Shown here piece by piece: positions 1 through 10,422 of a stretch of 42,086 bases of DNA. Below the pieces are notes generated by a model, which was not told the origin of the DNA, ran no database searches, and saw nothing but the letters and a program-made list of their open reading frames with translations. The number at the start of each line of letters is the position of its first letter. The first letter of the stretch is position 1. Location of the stretch: contig CAVYAN010000090.1 of assembly GCA_963766075.1 (NCBI GenBank), positions 1 through 42,086 on the forward strand, read 5' to 3'. The stretch comes from an uncultured cyanobacterium. GTDB lineage: Bacteria > Cyanobacteriota > Cyanobacteriia > Leptolyngbyales > Leptolyngbyaceae. The translations under genes were made by a program, and so were the position numbers.

Positions 1-81
1 TCGGGCTGATGCGCGACCCGCTAACCGATCTCGAGAGCATCCCCGAGTCAGGTAAACGCCCCTTTCGTCATGGGGCCTTCG

Positions 82-713
82 TTATTCATTCGACATTCGA
101 CATTCGTCATTCGACATTTCTATTCCGCCTCCCGATCGGCCCAGGACAGCTCTTAGCCGGCTTGCCGCGATCCACTTCGCCGACCGTGCCCCGCACATGG
201 GTTCGACCGGCCGATAATGGTCTGCCAGCACCCGCAACCACTCGGGGGCCTGCTCGCCCCGCTTGCGGGCCTGGGCCAGCCACGCCGGCTCGGGCGTGCG
301 GCGGCCCTGGCCGGCCAGAACGGTGAACTCGGCCGTCGTTTCCGAACGGCGGCGGCACGACAAGTCATGCACCTTGCCCATGTGCAGGCAGTTGGTCGGG
401 CAGGGATCGACGCACAAGGCGCACAGCAGGCACCGCGAGTAGTCGATGGCGTAGCGGGTGACCACTGCCGCTTTGCCTTTGCCCTCGGTGGCGATAGTGA
501 TGCAATCGACCGGGCAGGCTGGCGCCACATCCCGCAGGCAATGCGCCGCTGGAGTCGTACTCATGGAAGCCCGGAACCAGCGGGGCCACCGGGAGACCAT
601 GGCGTCGGGATACTGGACGGTCGCCACCTGCTTGCCCAGGTAGCCCATGGTGACCGCCAGGCCGAGCCGATCGACTTAACCGCCCGGACCAGGTTTGCGA
701 AGTACTCGCCCAT
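82..713 (-). CDS. nuoI: NuoI-like 2x[4Fe-4S] ferredoxin (NADH-quinone oxidoreductase subunit I family), frameshifted
   Basis: MGEYFANLVRAVKSIG from ATG 713, then another frame: TVQYPD, ACPVDCI, IDYSRCLLCALCVDPCPTNCL. First Cys cluster is garbled and the 3' end is uncertain. Confidence 0.7.
84..118. repeat. Heptamer tandem repeat (CATTCGA/CATTCGT)
   Basis: attcattcgacattcgacattcgtcattcgacatt; 7-nt period. Confidence 0.8.
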
Positions 714-1026
714 AGGCTTTCGCGCTCGTCTAAAAGTCGGGTTCCGAAGCGGCCCCGCGCCGCCCGCCGCGAGTCCGGAGCGGAAATCCTCTCCCGGGAA
801 GGGAGCGGGGTCTTCCGACCAAGCCGCTATCCTACGGCGTCGGATAGCACGGTTCAAGAATAATTCCGGGTAGCACGTCCGGCCTCAGGTCCTGGGGCGG
901 ATGGAGGGACCCGCTCCGTCGGGTCCGTCCCGCAAGTCACCGGCCACGACGGAGCGTGGCCGTCCGTGGAGCGTGGACATGCAATGGCGGAGGCGTTACG
1001 GTACCACGCCGGCCGCCGGCCGAAAC

Positions 1027-1436
1027 TCACCCTTGGTCAGGCCGAGCTTGGCCAGGGCCTCGACCCGGCCCGGCAACGCCGCCGGCCTCCACCGGCTTTT
1101 CCAGGAAGTCGCACACCGGCAGCCCAGTTCCGGTCGATGTCCTTGGAACTAAACCCCAGCGGGAAGCGGAAGATGACCGCAGTAGCGTCGGGATCGGCAC
1201 GTTCTTGAGCTGGTCCGGCCGGTGGCTGAGCCCGGGCGAAATCGAACCCGGCAGTCGGCCGACTTCGGGAACATCACGTCCAGGACCAGCAGTTCGGGGG
1301 CCCGCTGTTCCATGTGGGCCAAGGTCGCCGGGGTGGTAGGGGGACCTCGACTCGTACCCGGCCTTCCGCCACGCCGTACACCGCACCGGACCATAGCGAA
1401 ATCCTCGTCATCGTCCACGATCAGCACATACGCCAT
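1027..1436 (-). CDS. Stand-alone response regulator receiver protein, frameshifted
   Basis: VLIVDDDEDF, PELLVLDVMFP, KNVPI and DFLEKPVE motifs spread over three frames. Confidence 0.85.
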
Positions 1437-1589
1437 CCGCGTTCTCCTTAAAAGTTATCAACTTATCACACAACCCGCTTGGCGCCGCCCAAGTTCCGGG
1501 GCGGATTTCACCAGGCCAGGACAGTTCCAGCCGTCAAGGTTCTTCCCGCCGGCCGGCCGGGCCCCCGCCCGCGTCCGGCGGAGCGAAAC

Positions 1590-3060
1590 GCAGTTCGAAA
1601 CTGGTCCCCGCCCCGACCCGGCTTTGCACCCGCAGGCGGAATCCGGTGCAGTTCGGCGATGTGCCGGACAATCGCCAGCCCCCAGGCCGGACGATTCCTT
1701 GTTGTGGGCCACCGCCTCGCGGGTCCGATAGTATTCCTCGAAGATGTGCGGGAGCTGCCGGGGGCGATGCCGATGCCCCCGTCGGTGATGGTCACCGCCG
1801 CCCCGCGCTCCAGGGCCGAATGCGGGCCGGGCGGCCCGCCGGCAGGTTCCTTCCCAACGTCGCCGCCGTCCGCCGCCCCCGCCGAGACGACCACCCGCCC
1901 GCCGGGGTGCGGAATCGGTTACCGCATTGGCCAGGATGTTGGTGAACAACATGCGGAGGTGGTCCTCGGCCCCATCGCCCCAGGCCTGGGCCTGCGCGGT
2001 GATGACGATGCCCCGTTGCTGGGCCATCGGCTCGACCTGATGGATGGCCCGCGCAGGACCTTCGCCAGGTCCAGTTCGCACATCGCCGGGGGGGATTGGC
2101 CGGCGGAATCCAGGTTGGCCAGTTGCAGCATCTCCTGGATTTCCGCGGCCAGGCGGCGGCAGCGGGCGGCCATTCGCCCGGCGACCCCAGGGCCTCGTCG
2201 CACAGGGGCCCGCACGTGCCGCTGAGCAGCAACTGCACGTTGGCGTGGATGGCCGCGAAGGGGGCCTTGAACTGGTGGGTCGTGGTCAGCATGTGCCGCA
2301 ACCGCTCGTTCTGGGCGGCGACCAAGCTGGCGGTTGCTGGCGGCCAGTTCCGCGTCGCGCTGGCGGACCAGCCGCCGACAGGTGCGAGGCCGAGGTCCCA
2401 GACCACCAGCCAGATCGACGATGGCCGAGAAGAAGTTAACCACCGCCACCGCCGGCGAGGCCGGATTCGCCGGGCGGTCCGGTCGAAAATGGAGCGGGGC
2501 GGGGCCAGCCCGGACGGTTGCCGCGGTGATGCATGCCGCGTACAGGGCGTCGCCAGCAGGGTCACCATGAAGCTCTGCCGCGCCGGGAAAAAGATGCACG
2601 CCAGCACGATGTGGAACAGGTAGACGAACGCGACGTAGGTCTGCATGGAGCCGACGAAATGAATCGCCGCGGTCACCACCAGCAGGTCCATGGACGATCT
2701 GGGCCCGCAGGTCGGCCGGGCGGCCTCCGCCTGCACCGCCAGGCGCATCGGTCAGTTGTCCTCGCCCGGGGCCCCCGACCGGCGGCGCTGCAGAGCCCGG
2801 CCGTGGGCCCGGAACAGGACGTTGCCCAGCACGAGCACGCCGGCGGCCAGGAACGGCCAGAGGCCCGGCGGCCGCAAGGTCAGGGCCCGGGCGACGGCCG
2901 GGACCCGCCCGACAGCCCGCCGAGCACGAAGACGCCGATGACCGCCCGGCGGGAACTGGCAGAACCACAGGACGTTCTCGGCCAGCAGCGGGCCGGACAA
3001 GGTCTCGGCGGATTCCCCGGGCGACGCCGGTCCGCCGGGGGCCGCCGGCAGGGGCAGCAC
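1590..3060 (-). CDS. Membrane sensor histidine kinase, multiply frameshifted (boundaries approximate)
   Basis: TM segments; H-box THQFKAPF; N-box LFTNILANAV; G1 ITDGGIGI; F/G2 IFEEYYRT...SSGLG; LAIVRHIAELH, in different frames. Confidence 0.8.
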
Positions 3061-3261
3061 GTAGGTGGCCAGTTCGGCCCGCGCGGGGGGGGCGGCGGGC
3101 GTCGTAGGGTTATCGGCCGAGGCCGCCTCCGGGCCCGCAGGAAACCGCCGACGATCAGGCCGGCGGTAGGCATGGTAACCGGCGCGAACGGCGGCCAGGG
3201 TCCACTTCATCGCCGGGGCCAGTTCGATGGACGACGGGTGAATGTCCGGCAGCATAGTAGC

Positions 3262-4464
3262 CCGGTGCAGTTACACCGGATTGACGCCCAGCATCACCGC
3301 CTCACTGTGGCGGGAGTAGGGAACGAGGCAGACGGGCAGCCCCAAGACAGTCAGCGGAGTAGCAGCCACGGTGGCCACTCATCTGTTGGCCAACAGGTGG
3401 GTGGGCAACAGGTGGTGCTTTCGACGGTGGAGTTATTTGATTTGGTGGAAGCGATTGATCAGTTCTTAGCCGATGCTCGCACGTTGCCTGATTTAGCTCT
3501 AAGCTTGAAACCGGTAGCCAAGCGGTATGTCAGCAGTGGCCGGGTGATGAATCAGCAGGTGGTTCCAGCAGCGGTAGGGTTGTCCGGGTTAGCAGCAGCG
3601 GCGATCGCCTTTGCTCTGATCCCTACTCCAAAAATTCAGGAACCCGCCGACCTGGTGGGTCGGCCCACCGCCACCGCCGAAAAGCCTGTGACGCCCGGGG
3701 CATCGCCGACTCCAGGGGCATCGCCCATGCCCAGCAGCAGTGCCACGACGAGTCCAGCGGCTACCCCCCCTGATTTAACCAAGCTAGAAGCCCAGTTTTC
3801 GACTGCTCCTGAAATCAAGGATGTGGCTCAGCTTGATGGGCTGCGCCGTCAGGTTTCAACGCAGCTTGATACGGCTTGGCAAACCCGGAATTTGACGGAG
3901 GCGTTGGTGTACCGGATTGGCGTTGGGGCCGATGGGGCGATCGTCGGGTATAAAGCCGTCAGTCCTACCGCTGCCGCCAATGTTAAACAGACGCCTTTAG
4001 TCGATTTGCCCTATAACCAAAATCGCGCCACTACGGAACCCTTGGCGCAGTTCAAAGTCACCTTTACGCCGGACGGTACGGTGAACGTCACACCGTGGGC
4101 CGAAGCGAGTGCCTTGGGTCAGGCTCCTGGCCAAGTAACCGACGGCACACCGCTAGAAATTACCGATGCGGCCCAGTTGAAAACACTCCAACCCAAGGTC
4201 TATGACCAAATCATCCCAGTGCTGAGCGGGGCTCCAAAGTTTTCGGAGGCGTTGGTCTATCGGGTACGGGTGCAGGCGGATGGCGCGGTGGTGGACTATC
4301 GTCCCGAAAACCAATCCGCTCGCGATCGCGATCAGGAGTTAGGCATGGCTAAACTGGGGCCTCTAGCCAATGAAAATCCGCCACAACAGTCCCTTGCCTG
4401 GTTCAAGGCCGTGATTAAACCCGATGGCACGCTGGAAGTTAGCCCCTGGCGCGGCACCAATTAA
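3262..4464 (+). CDS. Cyanobacterial DUF4335-like membrane protein, 5'-truncated at chimeric junction
   Basis: LSTVELFDLVEAIDQFLAD..TLPDL motif, one TM helix, Pro/Thr linker, two repeated C-terminal domains. The upstream part of ORF 2533-4464 is antisense of the kinase and not real. Confidence 0.7.
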   Translation, partial: PVQLHRIDAQHHRLTVAGVGNEADGQPQDSQRSSSHGGHSSVGQQVGGQQVVLSTVELFDLVEAIDQFLADARTLPDLALSLKPVAKRYVSSGRVMNQQVVPAAVGLSGLAAAAIAFALIPTPKIQEPADLVGRPTATAEKPVTPGASPTPGASPMPSSSATTSPAATPPDLTKLEAQFSTAPEIKDVAQLDGLRRQVSTQLDTAWQTRNLTEALVYRIGVGADGAIVGYKAVSPTAAANVKQTPLVDLPYNQNRATTEPLAQFKVTFTPDGTVNVTPWAEASALGQAPGQVTDGTPLEITDAAQLKTLQPKVYDQIIPVLSGAPKFSEALVYRVRVQADGAVVDYRPENQSARDRDQELGMAKLGPLANENPPQQSLAWFKAVIKPDGTLEVSPWRGTN

Positions 4465-4485
4465 TTACCGGACTTCGATTTTCCT

Positions 4486-5481
4486 ATGCAGGTTATTTTT
4501 TTCGGTACCCCGCAATTTGCCGTGCCCAGTTTGGAGCGCTTACTGAGCCATCCTGACATTCAGGTTGCAGGAGTCGTGACCCAGCCGGACAAACGGCGGG
4601 GGCGCGGTAATCAGGTGATGCCCTCGCCCGTCAAAACCGTGGCCCAAACTCTGGACCTGCCTGTTTGGCAACCGAAAAGTATCAAGAAAGATGCGGAAAC
4701 GTTAGCGCAGCTTGAGGCGGCACAGGCGGATGTGTTTGTCGTAGTGGCCTATGGGCAAATTCTGTCCCCACAGATTTTGGCGATGCCGAAGTGGGGCTGT
4801 GTGAATGGCCACGGTTCGATTTTGCCCCGCTATCGTGGCGCGGCGCCAATTCAATGGTGTTTGTACCATGGTGAGTTGGAAACCGGCATCACGACTATGC
4901 AAATGGATGCGGGTATGGATACCGGGCCAATGCTGCAGGTGGCGCGATCGCCCATTGGCCTATTAGAAACAGCCCAGGATTTGGCGACTCGCCTTGCCGA
5001 AATCACAGCCAACCTGTTAATCGAAACCATCGGCCAACTCACCCGGGGGGAACTGCACCCCATACCCCAGGATAATGACCAGGCCACCTATGCCCCGTTG
5101 ATTCGGAAAGAGGACTTTAGGTTGGACTGGGGACGCAGTGCGATCGCCCTACACAATCAAATTCGGGGCTTCTATCCCCAGTGCACGGCCACTTTTCGTG
5201 GCGAGGCGTTGAAAATCATGGCTACGGTCCCCCTCGGTGAGGATTTTCGAGCGCAGTTGCCGGAACCTTGGCGATCTCTGGACATCGGCGCGATCGCGCC
5301 AGCATCGGGCCAGCCGGGGCAAATCATGGGCATCGCTAAAGGACTGGGGCCAATTGTCTCCACGGGATCCGGATTACTGCTGCTGCGCGAGGTGCAGCCT
5401 GCCGGGAAGAAGGCCCAATCGGGTGCGGACTTTGCGAATGGTCTGCGGGTCAATCTTGGCGAGTGCTTAGAAAACGGGTGA
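4486..5481 (+). CDS. fmt: Methionyl-tRNA formyltransferase
   Basis: [50 protein letters not shown]. Confidence 0.97.
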   Translation: MQVIFFGTPQFAVPSLERLLSHPDIQVAGVVTQPDKRRGRGNQVMPSPVKTVAQTLDLPVWQPKSIKKDAETLAQLEAAQADVFVVVAYGQILSPQILAMPKWGCVNGHGSILPRYRGAAPIQWCLYHGELETGITTMQMDAGMDTGPMLQVARSPIGLLETAQDLATRLAEITANLLIETIGQLTRGELHPIPQDNDQATYAPLIRKEDFRLDWGRSAIALHNQIRGFYPQCTATFRGEALKIMATVPLGEDFRAQLPEPWRSLDIGAIAPASGQPGQIMGIAKGLGPIVSTGSGLLLLREVQPAGKKAQSGADFANGLRVNLGECLENG

Positions 5482-5807
5482 GCGCTGCCGAGAAGCAAGC
5501 CGATTGTGATTCGGCTGAGGAGTAGGCGGAATCCCGGAGGGATAACGGATTTATTGATCCCCTGGGTGTGATATAAATGTCAAAGTTTTGTGAACTTCGG
5601 TGTAGATCTTTATTCGGAGTTAGGCGATCGCCTAACTTTCCCAGTTAACCGATCTGCAAACGCTTAAGGAAAATCCGCAAAACTGGATTGAGAGCGTATT
5701 GGGAGCGGCTGCGGTCCGCCTGCGGGTGAACGTTATGCCGTTGCTGTGAGTGTGTTCGACAGAAGGGCACACTTTATTGACCTGAATCTGGAGCAAGTAC
5801 ATCGTTC

Positions 5808-6851
5808 ATGACCGCATCAACTGTAACGCCTAAGGATACGTCGGAATTGCTCGCTTACCCGAATTTGCGGCTCAAAGACGTTGTTAGAACGCTACCCAAA
5901 GACTGCTTTCAAAAAGACATGCGCAAGGCATGGACCAACGTGGCGGTGAGCGTGGTGATGGTGGCCCTGGGGTACGTGAGTATTGCCGTGTCGCCCTGGT
6001 TTTTATTGCCGATCGCCTGGTTTTTTACTGGCACGGCTCTAACGGGATTTTTTGTGATTGGCCACGACTGCGGCCATCGCTCCTTTTCTAACAAAAAATG
6101 GGTGAATGACCTTGTGGGGCATCTGGCCTTTGCGCCGCTGATTTATCCCTTTCACTGCTGGCGGATTATGCACAACAAGCATCACCGCTACACGAATAAG
6201 ATGGATGTGGATAATGCGTGGCAGCCCTTTCGCCCAGAAGCCTACGAGGCGCTAGGACCGTTAAAGGTGGCTTATCGGTTGATGCGGGGCAAACTGTGGT
6301 GGCTGGCTTCGGTGATTCACTGGGCGCTGGTCCATTTTCAACCGTCCAAGTTCAAGCCGAGCGAGCGGGCGCGGGTGCGGTTGTCGATTGCCGTAGTGGT
6401 CTTGTTTGCGGCGATCGTTTTCCCCACGTTGCTAGCCACAGGTGGCATTTGGGGCTTCGTCAAATGGTGGCTGATGCCTTGGTTGGGTTACCACTTTTGG
6501 ATGAGTACCTTCACCCTCGTGCACCACACTGCCCCGGCAATTGACTTCCAAGAGCCGGACCAATGGAATGAGGCGCGGGCACAACTTTCTGGCACCGTCC
6601 ATTGTGACTATCCCCTGGGTGTGGAGTTTCTCTGCCACCAGATCAATGTTCATATTCCACATCATATTTCCACGGCGATTCCCTCCTACAATTTGCGGAA
6701 AGCCTATCGCAGCCTACAGCAGAACTGGGATGGCTACCTGGTCGAGTCAAAGTTTAACTGGGCGCTAATGCGGACGATTACCGAAGAGTGCCACATGTAT
6801 CACCCAGTGGACTTCTATCAATCCTTCCGGACCTACCATCGATCGCGCTAG
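5808..6851 (+). CDS. desA: Delta-12 acyl-lipid fatty acid desaturase
   Basis: His boxes GHDCGH, HNKHH, HIPHH; FWMSTFTLVHHT. Confidence 0.9.
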   Translation: MTASTVTPKDTSELLAYPNLRLKDVVRTLPKDCFQKDMRKAWTNVAVSVVMVALGYVSIAVSPWFLLPIAWFFTGTALTGFFVIGHDCGHRSFSNKKWVNDLVGHLAFAPLIYPFHCWRIMHNKHHRYTNKMDVDNAWQPFRPEAYEALGPLKVAYRLMRGKLWWLASVIHWALVHFQPSKFKPSERARVRLSIAVVVLFAAIVFPTLLATGGIWGFVKWWLMPWLGYHFWMSTFTLVHHTAPAIDFQEPDQWNEARAQLSGTVHCDYPLGVEFLCHQINVHIPHHISTAIPSYNLRKAYRSLQQNWDGYLVESKFNWALMRTITEECHMYHPVDFYQSFRTYHRSR

Positions 6852-6859
6852 CGCCTACC

Positions 6860-6893
6860 AAATCCCGAGGATTTCTAAAAATCCCCGGGATTT
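6860..6893 (+). terminator. Inverted repeat after desA (terminator or REP-like)
   Basis: aaatcccgaggattt-ctaa-aaatccccgggattt; 15-bp arms with one mismatch. Confidence 0.6.
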
Positions 6894-6968
6894 TAGGTTG
6901 AACGGATCGCCTCGTCTAACATTCCCCATCCGCGACTATCCTAGAAAAGGTCGTGTAGATGACATGTG

Positions 6969-9329
6969 ATGCTAAATATTCCTCAAATTCTGGCTGATGA
7001 GCTATCCCTACAGCCCTTTCAGGTGCACAATGCCCTAGAACTGTTTGCGGAAGGGGCGACGGTGCCATTTATCTCCCGGTATCGCAAGGAAAAAACGGGT
7101 GAAATGGATGAAACCCAGTTGCGCGAACTGAGCGATCGCCATACCTACCTGACCGAACTGGAAGATCGCAAGAAAGCGATTCTGACCGAAATTGAAAAGC
7201 AGGGCAAACTGACTCCAGAACTGCGCGCCAAGATTGTTCCTTGCCTGTTGAAGACAGAACTGGAGGACTTGTACCTCCCCTATCGCCCGAAACGGCGCAC
7301 CCGAGCCACCATTGCCCGCGAAAAAGGATTGCAGCCCCTCGCCGAGCTGATCAAGGCCCTAAATACCCCCAGCGCTGCCCCCCAGTCCCTAGACAGCATC
7401 GCCCTATCCTATATTTCTTCTGAAAACGGTGTTGCCAATGCTGAGGATGCCTTGAAGGGAGCCGCTGATATTTTGGCCGAAGAAGTCGCGGAAAAGGCGG
7501 AATCTCGGGCGTATCTGCGGGAGTACTTCATGGACTCTGGCCTGTTGACTGCCCGGATGAAGGAAGACCACCCGGAAGGCTCCACCAAGTTCGAGATGTA
7601 CCGCAGCTACCAAGCCAAGGTCAAAACCATTCCCTCCCACAATTTGTTGGCGCTCGAGCGCGGGGAGAATGAGGGCATTTTGACAGTTGAGCTAGCCTTT
7701 GACGAAGAGATCGTGCTGGGATATCTGGCATCCCAGGAAATTCGCACCAAGGACAAAGCCCTACGAGCGTTTTACCATGCGCTGCTCAAGGACGCCTTTA
7801 CCCGACTGATGAAAACGTCGCTGATTAACGAGGTGCGGGCTGCGAAAAAAACCGAGGCCGATGTTGAATCAATTAAAACCTTTGAGACGAATTTGCGGGA
7901 ACTGCTGCTGGCGGCTCCGGCAGGGATGAAACCGACCTTAGCGGTTGATCCGGGCTTTCGCACGGGCTGCAAAGTGGCAGTACTGGACCAAACCGCCAAG
8001 TTTCTCGAATACCAGACCGTGTTTCCGCACCAATCTGCCGGCCAGCGGGAACAGGCCGCCCGCACCTTGAAGCGGTTGATTGAGCAATACCAGGTGGAGC
8101 TGATTGCGATTGGCAATGGTACCGCTGGCCGGGAAACCGATGAGTTTGTCACAGAGGTGTTGAAGTCCCTAGAGCGACAGCCCGTGAAGGTAATGGTGAG
8201 CGAGGCCGGGGCGTCTGTGTATTCCGCGAGTGTAGTGGCGATCGCCGAATTCCCCGACCAAGATGTTACCGTTCGGGGAGCCATTAGCATTGGACGACGG
8301 CTCCAGGATCCCTTGGCGGAACTGGTGAAAATTGATCCGAAATCGATCGGGGTCGGGCAGTATCAGCACGATGTCGATCAAAAGCTGTTGAAGAAAAAAC
8401 TGGATGAAACCGTGGAGAGCTGCGTCAACTACGTCGGTGTGGACTTGAACACCGCCTCGAAGGAACTGCTGACCTTTGTGTCGGGGATTTCACCCGTAGT
8501 GGCAAACAATATTGTGGACTATCGCAACCAAAATGGGGCCTTTCAGGATCGTCGCCAATTGCTCAAAGTGGCCAAGCTGGGCCCCAAAGCCTTTGAGCAA
8601 GCTGCCGGATTTCTGCGGATTCGCAATGGCAAAAACCCCTTGGACAATACAGCAGTGCACCCGGAACGCTATGGGTTAGTGGAGGCGATCGCCCAGGATC
8701 TCCAACTCCCCCTGACCGCCGCCCCCCAAATTGCCGAACGCCTGAAGTCGGTTGGCGTCAAAAAGTATGTCACCTCCAGCATTGGCGAGCCTACACTGCG
8801 GGACATCCTGGCCGAACTGGAGAAGCCCGGTCGCGATCCCCGCGCGGAATTCAAGTACGCCACCTTCAAGGAAGGGGTAAACGCCATGGCCGATCTAGCC
8901 GTGGGCATGCAACTCGAAGGCGTTGTGACCAACGTGGCTAATTTTGGGGCCTTTGTGGATATTGGCGTGCATCAGGACGGTCTAGTCCACGTCTCCCAAT
9001 TAGCCGACCGATTTGTCAGCGATCCCAACCAAATCGTCAAAGTGGGACAGGTTGTGCAGGTGCGGGTCCTGGAAGTCAATGAGAAGCTGAAGCGGATCAG
9101 CTTGTCCATGAAAGCGACAGGCGGTGACACGGGAACCCGCTCCTCTACCTTGAGCCAATCCCGTCAATCGGCTCAGACGGCTCACTCTCAAGCCGCCAGT
9201 CCATCAAAAACCGAAAAAGTAGGCCAAAAACCCAAGGAAAAGCGCGGGGAATCCCAGTCTCAGGAAAAGTCCCCGCCCCCAGCAGCGACTCTGGCAGACT
9301 TACAGGCCAAGTTCGGGAAAAAGCGCTAG
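6969..9329 (+). CDS. tex: Tex-family RNA-binding transcriptional accessory protein (YqgF, HhH, S1 domains)
   Basis: GATVPFISRYRKE, LEDLYLPY, DPGFRTGCK, IGVGQYQHDV, S1 motif NFGAFVDIGVHQDGLVHVS. Confidence 0.95.
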   Translation: MLNIPQILADELSLQPFQVHNALELFAEGATVPFISRYRKEKTGEMDETQLRELSDRHTYLTELEDRKKAILTEIEKQGKLTPELRAKIVPCLLKTELEDLYLPYRPKRRTRATIAREKGLQPLAELIKALNTPSAAPQSLDSIALSYISSENGVANAEDALKGAADILAEEVAEKAESRAYLREYFMDSGLLTARMKEDHPEGSTKFEMYRSYQAKVKTIPSHNLLALERGENEGILTVELAFDEEIVLGYLASQEIRTKDKALRAFYHALLKDAFTRLMKTSLINEVRAAKKTEADVESIKTFETNLRELLLAAPAGMKPTLAVDPGFRTGCKVAVLDQTAKFLEYQTVFPHQSAGQREQAARTLKRLIEQYQVELIAIGNGTAGRETDEFVTEVLKSLERQPVKVMVSEAGASVYSASVVAIAEFPDQDVTVRGAISIGRRLQDPLAELVKIDPKSIGVGQYQHDVDQKLLKKKLDETVESCVNYVGVDLNTASKELLTFVSGISPVVANNIVDYRNQNGAFQDRRQLLKVAKLGPKAFEQAAGFLRIRNGKNPLDNTAVHPERYGLVEAIAQDLQLPLTAAPQIAERLKSVGVKKYVTSSIGEPTLRDILAELEKPGRDPRAEFKYATFKEGVNAMADLAVGMQLEGVVTNVANFGAFVDIGVHQDGLVHVSQLADRFVSDPNQIVKVGQVVQVRVLEVNEKLKRISLSMKATGGDTGTRSSTLSQSRQSAQTAHSQAASPSKTEKVGQKPKEKRGESQSQEKSPPPAATLADLQAKFGKKR

Positions 9330-9352
9330 GAAGCTTCTGTTTGGCCCATCTT

Positions 9353-10213
9353 CTAGCTTTCCGAGGCAGGAGGTGGGCCAAAGACCGGAGCCAGAAACGC
9401 CACCAGCCCCCCAATCGCGAAGCCGGCAATATTCCGAAAGAGCGGCAACCACTCTGCGGTCCGAGTAATCACCGGCGCGATGCCAAAGGCAATAAACAAA
9501 ATGCCCCACAGGGGAGACAAAATTAGCGCCCACTGCCAAGCCACCAGTTGACCTGCTTTGCGCGGCTGAGACGCAAAGCCACAAATAATCCCGCCAATCA
9601 CCGATGTGGCCAGGGTCAAGATCCATTGCTCGCGTGGCAAGCCTGGTACAACAGCACAGCCTCCGGGCTTAGTGAGACAGCCTTCTACTGTTTCAATCGC
9701 ACTGACGATCGCCTGGTCCTCCCCATTATCCCGCACATAAAATTGGTTGCCAAAGCGGGTTTGCAGCTCAATCCAAAATGTCCTAGGCATCAACGGATAC
9801 AGGTCATCCCCAACTGCAAAGCTCAGAATATTTCCCCCTCGGGTATCCGCCACCAGGAGCATCGTATGGTCACCCAGGCCCCAATAGGGAATCACTGCTC
9901 TACCCGGCGTGCGATCAAACTGGGTTAAAACGCGCAGTTTCCAACCCGTGTCCTGCTCAAACCCCGTTAAATTCTGGGCAAGGCTCTCCTCCTGCTGTGT
10001 CGTCAGAATATTGGCTAAATCCACCACGGGCGTTTTTTCAGCGGGCAACAGCTCTGGATTGTCAAAGGCATAGGCGGGCAACATTTGAAAGGGATTGAGT
10101 ACCACTACCACCGCCAAAACCACAGGTGTCAAGAGCGTGAAAAGTCGCCGTAACCCAAATCGCCTTAACAAGGACGGATTAGAGAAATCAAAAGCCTTAA
10201 GAATAGACAACAT
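9353..10213 (-). CDS. TPM-domain membrane protein (cyanobacterial/thylakoid type)
   Basis: Signal peptide, DNPELLP, VVDLANIL, GWKLRVLTQ, ELQTRFGNQFYVR, three C-terminal TM helices. Confidence 0.75.
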   Translation of the reverse strand: MLSILKAFDFSNPSLLRRFGLRRLFTLLTPVVLAVVVVLNPFQMLPAYAFDNPELLPAEKTPVVDLANILTTQQEESLAQNLTGFEQDTGWKLRVLTQFDRTPGRAVIPYWGLGDHTMLLVADTRGGNILSFAVGDDLYPLMPRTFWIELQTRFGNQFYVRDNGEDQAIVSAIETVEGCLTKPGGCAVVPGLPREQWILTLATSVIGGIICGFASQPRKAGQLVAWQWALILSPLWGILFIAFGIAPVITRTAEWLPLFRNIAGFAIGGLVAFLAPVFGPPPASES

Positions 10214-10422
10214 GTAAAGTAAATCCGAGACAGGTATGAGAATTGCAAGAAGAATGGCGGCGCAGGGAGGACTAATCTACATCCAGTCGCGAGAATAAAG
10301 CATGCCCAAGTCCCAAGCCCGCAGCAATATGAGAGTTGAGTAACGTTTCTTAACGAAATTCTAGCTTATTTCATATTAAGAACCTGCGGCGGCTGAGTCA
10401 ATGAATTGAATCTGGAGCCAAC

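Noticed and set aside
2533..4464. 643-aa ORF as a novel fusion protein
   Set aside because: The N-terminal part is antisense read-through of GC-rich kinase DNA across the chimeric junction
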